Source: Gemmatimonadales bacterium
GTDB taxonomy: Bacteria > Gemmatimonadota > Gemmatimonadetes > Gemmatimonadales > GWC2-71-9
Length of the DNA: 47,579 bases
Assembly (NCBI GenBank): GCA_038321865.1
Contig: JBBQFH010000028.1
Location: 1-47,579 of the forward strand
Reading direction: 5' to 3'
The notes beneath the pieces are model-generated. The model was not told the DNA's origin, made no database searches, and saw nothing but the letters and a program-made list of their open reading frames with translations. A program made the translations under genes and the position numbers. Shown here one piece after another: positions 38,418-46,309 of this stretch; the first letter of the stretch is position 1; every line of letters starts with the position of its first letter.

Positions 38418-38879
38418 GTGACGTCCCCCCTGCGATTCTGCGTCCGCCGCTCCGCCGCCGGGGCGGGTACGGCCGTCACGATCGTCACGCTGTCCATTCC
38501 GAGCGACATCGCCTGCATCGAGGAAGCGGTCGCGCTGGTGATCCGTCATTGTCTCGCCGGCGACGAGTCGCGCGAACGCCTTCGCTTTCGCCTCCAGGTC
38601 GCGTTGTCGGAGGCGCTGGCCAACGCCATCGTCCGGGGCAATCGCGAGGACCGGACCAAGCAGGTCAACGTGCGTGCGGAGCTGGCGCCGGAGCAGATTC
38701 GCCTCCACGTCACCGACGAGGGGGCCGGCTTCGATCCTCGGCGGGTGCCCGAACCGCTGGGGCCCGACCGGATTCTGGGCGGCGACGGCCGCGGGCTGTT
38801 CCTCATCCGCCGCCTCGTCGATGCCGTCGAATTCAACGACCAGGGGAACTCCATCTGCATGATCCTGCTCCGCCGGTAG
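38418..38879 (+). CDS. Anti-sigma factor / GHKL Ser kinase (RsbW/SpoIIAB-like)
   Basis: N box EALANAI, G1 box DEGAGFD, G2 box GRGLFLI. Confidence 0.9.
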   Translation: MTSPLRFCVRRSAAGAGTAVTIVTLSIPSDIACIEEAVALVIRHCLAGDESRERLRFRLQVALSEALANAIVRGNREDRTKQVNVRAELAPEQIRLHVTDEGAGFDPRRVPEPLGPDRILGGDGRGLFLIRRLVDAVEFNDQGNSICMILLRR

Positions 38880-38893
38880 GCCGGCTGGATCGC

Positions 38894-40456
38894 ATGCTGG
38901 ACGGTCTCGGCGCCCTGGCGGGCGGCCGCGTCCGCCTCTGGCGCTTCGACGGGAGTCGGCTCCGAATCGCCGCCGGAGCGGACCCGGGCTGGGCTCCCTC
39001 CATTCCTCGGGTCGCCGGTCTCGTGCCGACCCCCGAGGGAGCGGTGTGGCTTGCGCCCGTACCCGATATTCAGGGTTTCTGGCTTGAGCTGGCGGTTCCT
39101 GTCGGGCGGAGCGTCGAGAGGGTGGCCGATGATGTGCTGCCGGCGCTCGCCCTCGTGCTGGACGCGGCCCGCGAGCGCGCGCTGCTCTCGGCGGAGCTGG
39201 CCAGCCGCTATGAAGAGATCGACCTGCTGTACGCCATCAGCGAGATTCTCGGGCGCACGGTCGGGCTGGATGAGGCGGCCCAGACGATCGTGCGGGAGGT
39301 GAGCGGCGTCGTGGGCGCGCGTCGCGCCTCGATCATGGTTCTCGATGACAGCGGGACGGTGCTGCGGACGGTGGCGGAGCGCGGCTTCACCACCGATGGC
39401 GGCGCGTCGGTCTCCATCGATGACGAATGCTCCATCGCGGCGCGGGTGTTCCGGGACCGGCGCATTCTGCTGCACGACCCCGCTGACGCCAGCGAAACGC
39501 CGGCCGGCTGCGCCGACCCGCGCGGCTATCTGGGCCAGGCGTATCTGAGCGTGCCGATCTGTTATGCCGCGCCCGGCGGCCCGGCGCACTGCGTCGGCGT
39601 CATCAACCTGACCGACAGGGTCGGTGGCGATCGCTTCACGCCGGGTGACCGCAAGCTCGTCGCCGCGATCGCCAACCAGATCGGCGCCGCCATCGAGACG
39701 GCGCGGCTGGTCGAGCTCGACCGCCGGCAGCAGCGCCTGCGTCGCGAACTGGAGCTGGCGCACGATCTGCAGCTCCGCCTTCTCCCATCTCCCGCCGTCC
39801 TGCACGGTGACGCCGATGTCGCCGCTCGCTGCGTGCCGGCCGAGTCGGTCGGCGGCGATTTCTACACCTTTTCGCGGCTGGGCCGTGGGCGCGTCGGCGG
39901 CATGGTGGGCGATGTGTCGTCGCACGGATTCTCGGCGGCCCTCGTCATGGCGCTCGTCCTCTCGGCCGCCGGGATTCATTCGGCGGCCACACTCACGCCG
40001 GACGAAACGCTGGAAGCGCTGCTCGACAGCCTCGCGGCCGAGCTCCGCACGACCGAGATGTACCTGACCGTCTTCTACGGCACGCTGGATCCGACGGCCG
40101 GCCGGCTGAGCTATGCCAACGCGGGGCACCCGTACGCCTTTCGAATCCCGCAAAGGGGCGAGCCGGAACGGCTCGCCGCGACGGCGCCGCCGCTCGGCCT
40201 GGCCGCTGCGGGAAGCATTCAACGGCGGCAGGTCGCCTGGGATGTCGGCCGCGACCTGTTGTGCATCTGCACCGATGGGCTGGTGGACGCGCGAAATGCC
40301 GCCGGCGAGACCTTCGGTGAAGCGCGGCTGCTCGACTGCGTCGGCCGCCGCCGCGATGAATCGCCGGCGGCGATCGTGGCGGCGGTCATGGAGGAAGTCG
40401 CCCGCTTCGATGTTCGCCCTCGCGACGATCGCACGCTCCTCATCCTTCGCATCTGA
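38894..40456 (+). CDS. GAF-domain PP2C (SpoIIE/RsbU-like) Ser phosphatase
   Basis: GAF region (LSVPI...GVINL...F...DRKL..AIANQIGAAIE), then ELELAHDLQ, VGGDFY, GDVSSHG, ANAGHP, TDGL and DDRT. Start is approximate. Confidence 0.9.
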   Translation: MLDGLGALAGGRVRLWRFDGSRLRIAAGADPGWAPSIPRVAGLVPTPEGAVWLAPVPDIQGFWLELAVPVGRSVERVADDVLPALALVLDAARERALLSAELASRYEEIDLLYAISEILGRTVGLDEAAQTIVREVSGVVGARRASIMVLDDSGTVLRTVAERGFTTDGGASVSIDDECSIAARVFRDRRILLHDPADASETPAGCADPRGYLGQAYLSVPICYAAPGGPAHCVGVINLTDRVGGDRFTPGDRKLVAAIANQIGAAIETARLVELDRRQQRLRRELELAHDLQLRLLPSPAVLHGDADVAARCVPAESVGGDFYTFSRLGRGRVGGMVGDVSSHGFSAALVMALVLSAAGIHSAATLTPDETLEALLDSLAAELRTTEMYLTVFYGTLDPTAGRLSYANAGHPYAFRIPQRGEPERLAATAPPLGLAAAGSIQRRQVAWDVGRDLLCICTDGLVDARNAAGETFGEARLLDCVGRRRDESPAAIVAAVMEEVARFDVRPRDDRTLLILRI

Positions 40457-41257
40457 GTGCCACCTCCCAAGCGCCGGCTCGGCCAGCATTTTCTCTCCGA
40501 TCCCCGGCTTCTCGCCCGTATCGCTGCCGCGACGGGTGCGGGTCCCGGAGACACCGTGCTCGAAATCGGACCGGGACCGGGCGGCCTCACCGCCGCCCTG
40601 GTCGCGACGGGTGCGCGTATCGTCGCGATCGAGAAGGACCGCGAGCTCATCGACCCGCTGGTCCGTCGGTTTCCCGGCGTCGCCATCGTCGAAGGCGATG
40701 CGCTGGAGCTCGACTGGCATGCGGTCGCGCGGCCCACCGGTCTCCTCATCATCGCGGGCAATATCCCCTACAACATCACGTCGCTGCTGATCGACCTCGC
40801 GCTGGGCCCGCCGGTGCCGGCGCGCGTGGTGTTCCTGGTCCAGCGTGAGGTCGCCGACCGGGTGGCAGCGCCGCCGGGGCAGGGAGCCTATGGTGCGCTC
40901 AGTGTCGGCGTGCAGGCCGTCGCGCGGGTCGAGAGGTTGTTCGCGATTCCGGCGGGGGCGTTTTCCCCGCCGCCGAAGGTGGATTCCGCGGTGCTCCGGC
41001 TGACGCCGCTGGAGCGGCCGCTGGTCCCGCCGATGCACCGGCGGGCGTTTCGGGCGGTGGTCGTCGCCCTGTTCGGCATGCGTCGGAAGCAGCTGCAACG
41101 CTCGCTTCGGAGCCTCACCGGTTGGCCCGCCGCCGACTGCGTTGCACTCCTCGAACGGGTCGGCGCGGCCCCGGCCGCCCGTGTCGAAACCCTCGGGCCG
41201 GCGGCACTCGCGCAGTTGTATCGGGCGCTCGTTGACGGAGGGTGGCAAGCGCGATAG
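40457..41257 (+). CDS. rsmA: 16S rRNA dimethyladenosine transferase
   Basis: Motifs LGQHFL, LEIGPGPG, GNIPYNITS, QREVA.R and FSPPPKVDS. Confidence 0.96.
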   Translation: MPPPKRRLGQHFLSDPRLLARIAAATGAGPGDTVLEIGPGPGGLTAALVATGARIVAIEKDRELIDPLVRRFPGVAIVEGDALELDWHAVARPTGLLIIAGNIPYNITSLLIDLALGPPVPARVVFLVQREVADRVAAPPGQGAYGALSVGVQAVARVERLFAIPAGAFSPPPKVDSAVLRLTPLERPLVPPMHRRAFRAVVVALFGMRRKQLQRSLRSLTGWPAADCVALLERVGAAPAARVETLGPAALAQLYRALVDGGWQAR

Positions 41258-41260
41258 CTT
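41232..41260 (+). promoter_or_regulatory. Sigma70 promoter of rex
   Basis: TTGACG-N17-TAGCTT, lying mostly within the 3' end of rsmA. Confidence 0.7.
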
Positions 41261-41278
41261 TGTGAAACATTTCACAAA
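41259..41278. promoter_or_regulatory. Rex operator
   Basis: Palindrome TTTGTGAAA-CA-TTTCACAAA matches the Rex consensus TTGTGAA-N4-TTCACAA and ends 8 nt before the rex ATG. Confidence 0.92.
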
Positions 41279-41286
41279 ACTGGCTC

Positions 41287-41907
41287 ATGCGCAAAGTTGC
41301 CGAATCCACGATCCGCCGCCTCTCACTCTATCTGCGGTTTCTGGAAGAGTTTGAAGGTCAGGGAATCGCGACCGTCAGCTCCGAGGCGCTGGCCTCGCGC
41401 GGTGGCACGACGTCGGCGCAAGTGCGGAAGGATCTCTCGTTCTTCGGCTCGTTCGGCAAGCGCGGGCTGGGGTACCCCGTGCAGGAGCTGGTCGAGCGGC
41501 TGCGCGAAATCCTTGGCTTGAACCGGCGGTATCAGGTAGCCATGATCGGTGCCGGCAAGATCGGCAGCGCGCTGGTGCAGTATCACGGCTTCCGCCAGCG
41601 CGGGTTCGACATCGTGGCGATCTTCGACATCGACCCGGCGAAGATCGGCCGCCAGTGGAATGGGCTGACCATCCTGGATGTCGGCCGGCTCGAGACGCAC
41701 CTCAAGGGCGGGACGATCGACATGGCGGTGCTGGTGACACCGGCCGAGGTGGCCCAGCCGATGGCCGACCGGCTGGTCCGTCTCGGGGTGAAGGCGATCC
41801 TCAACTTCGCGCCGGTGCAGATCGTGGTGCCGGAGGATGTGGTCGTGAAGACCGTCAATCTGGCACTCGAGCTGGAGACCTTGAGCTACGCCCTGGTGAA
41901 TCGCTAG
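41287..41907 (+). CDS. rex: Redox-sensing transcriptional repressor Rex
   Basis: Motifs TIRRLSLYLR, QVRKDLSFFG.FG.RG.GY, GAGKIG and ILNFAP. Confidence 0.97.
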   Translation: MRKVAESTIRRLSLYLRFLEEFEGQGIATVSSEALASRGGTTSAQVRKDLSFFGSFGKRGLGYPVQELVERLREILGLNRRYQVAMIGAGKIGSALVQYHGFRQRGFDIVAIFDIDPAKIGRQWNGLTILDVGRLETHLKGGTIDMAVLVTPAEVAQPMADRLVRLGVKAILNFAPVQIVVPEDVVVKTVNLALELETLSYALVNR

Positions 41908-41933
41908 TCGTTCCCGTTTACCTTCCCCGTACA

Positions 41934-43166
41934 ATGCCGCGCGTCCACGTCACATCCGAAGTCAACGCCCTGGAGGCGGTGCTCGTCCACACCCCCGGAC
42001 TCGAGCTCGAGGCCGTCACGCCTGGTAACCGCGAAGCCTATCTCTATGACGATATCATCGAGATCGAGTCGGCCCAGCGCGAGCACCGGCAGTTCGTGGC
42101 GGTGCTCGAGCGCTTCGCGCAGGTGCATCAGGTGCGCGGGCTCCTCGGCGACGTCCTCGAGCAGCCGGAAGCGCGCGATTTTCTCATCACGAAGACCATG
42201 GATGTCGTGCCCTCGGATGCACTGGCGCAGCGGCTCGCGGCGCTGCCTCCCGGTGAGTTCGTGTCGATGCTGATCGAGGGGACGGAGGAGGAGAGCGGGC
42301 CGATCTCCCGCGCGCTGAACGAGGTCGGATACGCGCTGCCCGCCTTGCCGAATCTCTTCTTTCCGCGCGATATCGGCATGGTGCTTGGTGAGCACGCGGT
42401 CGTCGGTTCGATGCGCTACGGCGTGCGCTGGACCGAGGAGATGCTCATCAAGGCGCTGTTCCGTTTTCATCCCGAGCTGGCGAACGCCGGGATCCTCTAC
42501 GACGGCTCGGAGGAGCGACGCAGCAACTACACGCTGGAAGGCGGCGACGTCCATCATCCGCGCGAAGACCTCGCGATCGTCGGATTCAGCGAGCGCACGT
42601 CGCCGGCGGCGCTCGATCAGCTGTGCGAGGTGCTGTTCTCGCGGGGCAAGGTGACCGACGTGCTCGTGGTCGTGATGCCGAAGGCACCGACGGCGATCCA
42701 CCTCGACATGATATTCACTCAGCTCGATCACGAGCTGTGCGTGGTCTACCCGCCCTACTTCATCGGCCCCGAGCGGCTCGCGGTCCTCCACCGGCGCCGC
42801 GGCAGCGATCACGTCCAGGAGATGCCCAACTTCTTCGAGGCGCTCCGCGCCGTGCACCTCCCGCTCGAACCGGTCTTCGCCGGCGGAACACATCGCACCA
42901 CGCAGGACCGCGAGCAGTGGAGCTCGGCCTGCAACTTCCTGGCGGTGCGCCCAGGCCAGATTCTGAGTTACGGCCGGAACGACGCGACGCTGGCGGAACT
43001 GGGAAAGCACGGCTTCCGGCTGGTCGCATCAGCCGACTTCCTGACGGGCATCGATGTCGTTCGCCCCGGGGAGCGCGCGGCCATCACCATCGACGGTGCC
43101 GAGATGGTGCGCGGTGGTGGCGGCCCTCGCTGCATGACGCTCCCGCTCAGGCGTGCCGCGTCGTGA
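41934..43166 (+). CDS. arcA: Arginine deiminase
   Basis: Motifs V.SE...L..VL.H.PG.E, LYDDI, LPNLFFPRD, LEGGD, IHLD and GGGPRCMT (catalytic Cys). Confidence 0.9.
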   Translation: MPRVHVTSEVNALEAVLVHTPGLELEAVTPGNREAYLYDDIIEIESAQREHRQFVAVLERFAQVHQVRGLLGDVLEQPEARDFLITKTMDVVPSDALAQRLAALPPGEFVSMLIEGTEEESGPISRALNEVGYALPALPNLFFPRDIGMVLGEHAVVGSMRYGVRWTEEMLIKALFRFHPELANAGILYDGSEERRSNYTLEGGDVHHPREDLAIVGFSERTSPAALDQLCEVLFSRGKVTDVLVVVMPKAPTAIHLDMIFTQLDHELCVVYPPYFIGPERLAVLHRRRGSDHVQEMPNFFEALRAVHLPLEPVFAGGTHRTTQDREQWSSACNFLAVRPGQILSYGRNDATLAELGKHGFRLVASADFLTGIDVVRPGERAAITIDGAEMVRGGGGPRCMTLPLRRAAS

Positions 43167-44038
43167 TCGGGGTGCGATCGCACCCACAGGGGACGCTGGT
43201 GGATCGCGTCATCGGCGTGCTGCAGGGTGGCCCGGTCGGCGCACCGATGCTTTGCACCACCGTCCTCGAGCTCGCCGGCGCACCCGATTCGGTCGCGGAG
43301 CGACTGCTCGCGGCGCTGCTGGGCGCCGACCCGCGGGTGCGGCTGACGGCCGACGGCCGGTGGGGCCTCGTCGCGGAGGCCCAGGGCTCGCCGCTGCTGG
43401 AGGAGTGTGCGTTCGCGGTCGTGGACGTCGAGACCACAGGCATGCGGGCCACGGGCGGCGACCGGGTTACCGAGATCGCGGTGGTGGTGGTGCATGGCGG
43501 CCGCCGGGAGCTGATATTCGATTCGCTGGTGAATCCCGGGCGGCCGATTCCGCGCGCCATCTGCGCGATCACCAATATCACCGATGAGATGGTGCGGCAC
43601 GCCCCGACATTCGCCGATCTGGCGGAGGAGTTGCTTGCCGCGCTTGCCGGCCGCGTCTTCGTGGCCCACAACGCCCGGTTCGACTGGGGGTTCGTCAGCG
43701 CCGAGGTGCGGCGGGCGCGCGATGTGGCCATCGACGGGCAGCGCCTCTGCACGGTGCGGCTGGCGCGCCGCCTCGTGCGTGAGGTGCGCTCCTGCGGACT
43801 GGACAATCTGAGCCAGCATTTCGGCCTCGACAATGGCGCCCGCCATCGTGCCGCGGGGGATGCGCTCGTGACGGCAGAGCTGCTCGCGCGCTTGCTGTCG
43901 CGGGCGCGCGAGCAGGGCATCCGAACGCTGCAGGAGCTCGCCGCCCTCGAGTCCGCGACCCGCGCGGCCCGTCGCCGGAAGCGCCTCGCGTCGCCGACCG
44001 GCCCGCTCGCCGATTCGTACCCTGAAGGCCCGTCGTGA
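43163..44038 (+). CDS. DEDDh 3'-5' exonuclease (DnaQ/PolC-exo-like) with N-terminal extension
   Basis: Motifs VVDVETTG, VAHNARFD and HRAAGDA. GTG overlaps the arcA stop. Confidence 0.88.
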   Translation: MIGVRSHPQGTLVDRVIGVLQGGPVGAPMLCTTVLELAGAPDSVAERLLAALLGADPRVRLTADGRWGLVAEAQGSPLLEECAFAVVDVETTGMRATGGDRVTEIAVVVVHGGRRELIFDSLVNPGRPIPRAICAITNITDEMVRHAPTFADLAEELLAALAGRVFVAHNARFDWGFVSAEVRRARDVAIDGQRLCTVRLARRLVREVRSCGLDNLSQHFGLDNGARHRAAGDALVTAELLARLLSRAREQGIRTLQELAALESATRAARRRKRLASPTGPLADSYPEGPS

Positions 44039-44928
44039 CGCTGGTTCACACCTTCGCGACCGGCGCGCTTCGCTGTCACACGCTGGAGGGCGGACTGCAG
44101 CGGCTGGACGGTGGCGCGATGTTCGGCGTCGTGCCACGGCCGCTCTGGCAGCGCCTGGCCGAGCCCGACGAGCGGCACCGCATTCCGCTGGCGATGCGGT
44201 GTCTGCTGGTCGAGCATCCCGACGGGCTCGTGCTGATCGACACCGGGGCCGGCAACAAGGACGACGCGGCGTTTCGCGATATTTACGGGATGGAGAACCG
44301 CGGCGTCCTGGGTCCGACGCAGCTGGAGGACGCCCTGGACGAGGCCGGCCACGTGCCGGCCGACGTGCGCTGGGTGATCAACACCCATCTGCACTTCGAC
44401 CACGCCGGCGGGAATACCTCAATCCGTGAGCCCGGGGGCCTGCCGGAGCTCGCGTTCCCGAACGCGACCTATGTGGTTCGCCGGCAGGAGCTCGAATTTG
44501 CGCGGCACACCAACGAGCGAACCCGTGCGAGTTACCTGCCTCCCAACTTCGAGCCCGTGGCCGCCGCCGGGCGCTTCGAGCTGATCGACGACGACTGCGA
44601 ATTCCTGCCGGGGATCCGGCTCCGGCTGACGCCGGGCCACGTGCCGTACCACCAGGCGGTCGTGGTGAGCGACGCCGGTGACACCGTTGCCTTCGTGGCT
44701 GACCTGATCCCCACCTCGGCGCATCTTCGCCTCCCCTGGATCATGGGATACGATCTGGAGCCGCTCCGAACGCTCGAGTCGAAGCGGGCGCTGCTCCGTG
44801 ACGCGGTCGAGGGAGACTGGCGGATCGTGTTCGAGCATGACCCCCGCGTCGCGCTCGCCCGTGTGGTGCGCGATGGCAAGGCGATCGTGCTGGCGGACGC
44901 CGTTGACAGCGGGGCGTATCCCCGCTAG
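44035..44928 (+). CDS. MBL-fold metallo-hydrolase (YtnP-like)
   Basis: Motifs LDGGAMFGVVP, IDTGAG, THLHFDHAGG, TPGH, WIMGYD and FEHDP. Confidence 0.9.
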   Translation: MTLVHTFATGALRCHTLEGGLQRLDGGAMFGVVPRPLWQRLAEPDERHRIPLAMRCLLVEHPDGLVLIDTGAGNKDDAAFRDIYGMENRGVLGPTQLEDALDEAGHVPADVRWVINTHLHFDHAGGNTSIREPGGLPELAFPNATYVVRRQELEFARHTNERTRASYLPPNFEPVAAAGRFELIDDDCEFLPGIRLRLTPGHVPYHQAVVVSDAGDTVAFVADLIPTSAHLRLPWIMGYDLEPLRTLESKRALLRDAVEGDWRIVFEHDPRVALARVVRDGKAIVLADAVDSGAYPR

Positions 44929-44931
44929 TTT
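44903..44931 (+). promoter_or_regulatory. Sigma70 promoter of the infC-rpmI-rplT operon
   Basis: TTGACA-N17-TAGTTT. Confidence 0.75.
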
Positions 44932-44937
44932 CAGCGC

Positions 44938-45080
44938 GTTACTGAAGCGGGGCTAGCGCCCCCACCCCCAGCCTGCGGACGCTGCGCAGCGCGATCGGGT
45001 CCTGTTCCGGAGGCTCACGGCGCACCGCGCCGGGCTGACTTCCCGTATCGGGCACCCGCATCATGGCCGGGTGCCTTTTT
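44938..45080 (+). ncRNA. Putative structured cis-regulatory leader of infC (L20-leader-like attenuator)
   Basis: About 140 nt between promoter and terminator. Nested pairings CAGCCTG/CGGGCTG and TGCGC/GCGCA. Position equals that of the Firmicutes L20 leader; family identity is unverified. Confidence 0.5.
45051..45080 (+). terminator. Intrinsic terminator / attenuator upstream of infC
   Basis: GGCACCCG, 9-nt loop, CGGGTGCC, followed by TTTTT. Confidence 0.8.
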
Positions 45081-45104
45081 CATTAGCTGCTGGAGGCGTC
45101 ACCA

Positions 45105-45626
45105 CTGTCCACGAACGATCGCGAAAAGCGCACGCGCATCAACCGGATGATTCGCATCAGCCCCGTCCGCGTCATCACGGCCGACGGCGAACAGCTCGGT
45201 GTCCTGCCCATCGAGGAAGCACTCGCTGCGGCGCAGGAGCGCGGGCTCGATCTGGTCGAGGTGGCGCCGACGGCGCGGCCACCCGTCGTCAAGATCATGG
45301 ACTACGGGAAGTTCAAGTTCGAGGAGGCCAAGGCTGCACGGGCCGCCAAGAAGAAGCAGCACATCATCCTGCTCAAGGAAGTGAAGTACCGTCCGGGCAT
45401 CGATGATCACGACTTCGATTTCAAGACCCGCCACGCCCGTGAGTTCCTGGGCGACGGCAACAAGGTGAAGGTGACGATGATGTTTCGCGGTCGGCAGATC
45501 GCGCACATCGAGCTGGGCAAGGCCGTGCTCGACCGGGTGGCTGCCGCGCTGGTGGATATCGGCAAGGTCGAGATGGACGCGAAGCTCGAGGGCCGGAACA
45601 TGACGATGGTGCTGGGGCCGAAGTAG
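45105..45626 (+). CDS. infC: Translation initiation factor IF-3 (probable CTG start)
   Basis: Motifs RIN..IR...[30 protein letters not shown] and MFRGR. GGAGG at 45092-45096 lies 8 nt before the in-frame CTG at 45105. Confidence 0.95.
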   Translation: MSTNDREKRTRINRMIRISPVRVITADGEQLGVLPIEEALAAAQERGLDLVEVAPTARPPVVKIMDYGKFKFEEAKAARAAKKKQHIILLKEVKYRPGIDDHDFDFKTRHAREFLGDGNKVKVTMMFRGRQIAHIELGKAVLDRVAAALVDIGKVEMDAKLEGRNMTMVLGPK

Positions 45627-45651
45627 CGGTCGGAGCCTAACGGAGACACTA

Positions 45652-45846
45652 ATGCCGAAGATGAAGACGAAGCGTGCGGCGGCGAAGCGCTTCAAGAAGA
45701 CGGGGTCGGGGGCGCTCAAGCGCTTCCACGCCAACCACAGCCACATCCTGACGAAGAAGACGCGCAAGCGGAAGAATCGCCTCAAGAAGGGCGATGTCGT
45801 CAGCTCCGCGGACTATCCGCGCGTCAGCCGCCTGCTCAATACCTAA
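45652..45846 (+). CDS. rpmI: 50S ribosomal protein L35
   Basis: MPKMKT...AAKRFK.TGSG and HILTKK. Confidence 0.98.
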   Translation: MPKMKTKRAAAKRFKKTGSGALKRFHANHSHILTKKTRKRKNRLKKGDVVSSADYPRVSRLLNT

Positions 45847-45855
45847 GGATCTCCG

Positions 45856-46212
45856 ATGCCTCGCGTAAAGAACGGGCCGGCGCACCACGCCCGCAAGAAG
45901 AAGATCATGGAAGCCGCGAAGGGTGCTCGCGGCGGCCGCAGCAAGCTCTACAAGGCGGCGAAGGAAACCGTCGAGCGCGGCATGCGCTACGCCTACCGCG
46001 ACCGTCGCAAGAAGAAGGGCGAGTTCCGCGCCCTCTGGATCACGCGCATCAACGCCGCGGCGCGCATGCACGGACTGAGCTACAGCCGGCTGATGGCGGG
46101 TCTCAAGACGGCCGGTGTTGAAGTGAATCGGAAGGTCCTCGCCGATCTGGCGGTGCACGATATCGAAGCGTTCGGCAAGATCGCCGAGCTGGCCAAGGGC
46201 GCCCAGGCATAG
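45856..46212 (+). CDS. rplT: 50S ribosomal protein L20
   Basis: [28 protein letters not shown] and NRKVLADLA. Confidence 0.98.
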   Translation: MPRVKNGPAHHARKKKIMEAAKGARGGRSKLYKAAKETVERGMRYAYRDRRKKKGEFRALWITRINAAARMHGLSYSRLMAGLKTAGVEVNRKVLADLAVHDIEAFGKIAELAKGAQA

Positions 46213-46245
46213 CCGGACCGCCACTGAGGGTTCGACTGATTTATC

Positions 46246-46278
46246 TTGGGGCTGCCTCCGTTTCGTGGGCAGCCCCAA
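46246..46278 (+). terminator. Hairpin between rplT and pheS
   Basis: 11-bp inverted repeat TTGGGGCTGCC / GGCAGCCCCAA with no U-tract; a terminator or a stabilising stem. Confidence 0.5.
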
Positions 46279-46309
46279 CCGCATCCACTATCCAGGAATC
46301 GCCGCGATC

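Noticed and set aside
43163..44928. Exonuclease plus MBL hydrolase as an anti-phage system
   Set aside because: Host-like composition and housekeeping context. The MBL is YtnP-like rather than a nuclease type, and no defence partner genes are present.
44908..44952. Inverted repeats AGCGGGG/CCCCGCT around the infC promoter as an operator
   Set aside because: Short GC-rich arms that may be chance or a 3' stem of the upstream mRNA; I cannot support a separate function.
46221..46240. GGTTCGA T-loop-like motif after rplT (tRNA fragment or T-box)
   Set aside because: No cloverleaf or T-box consensus, and the intergenic space is too short.
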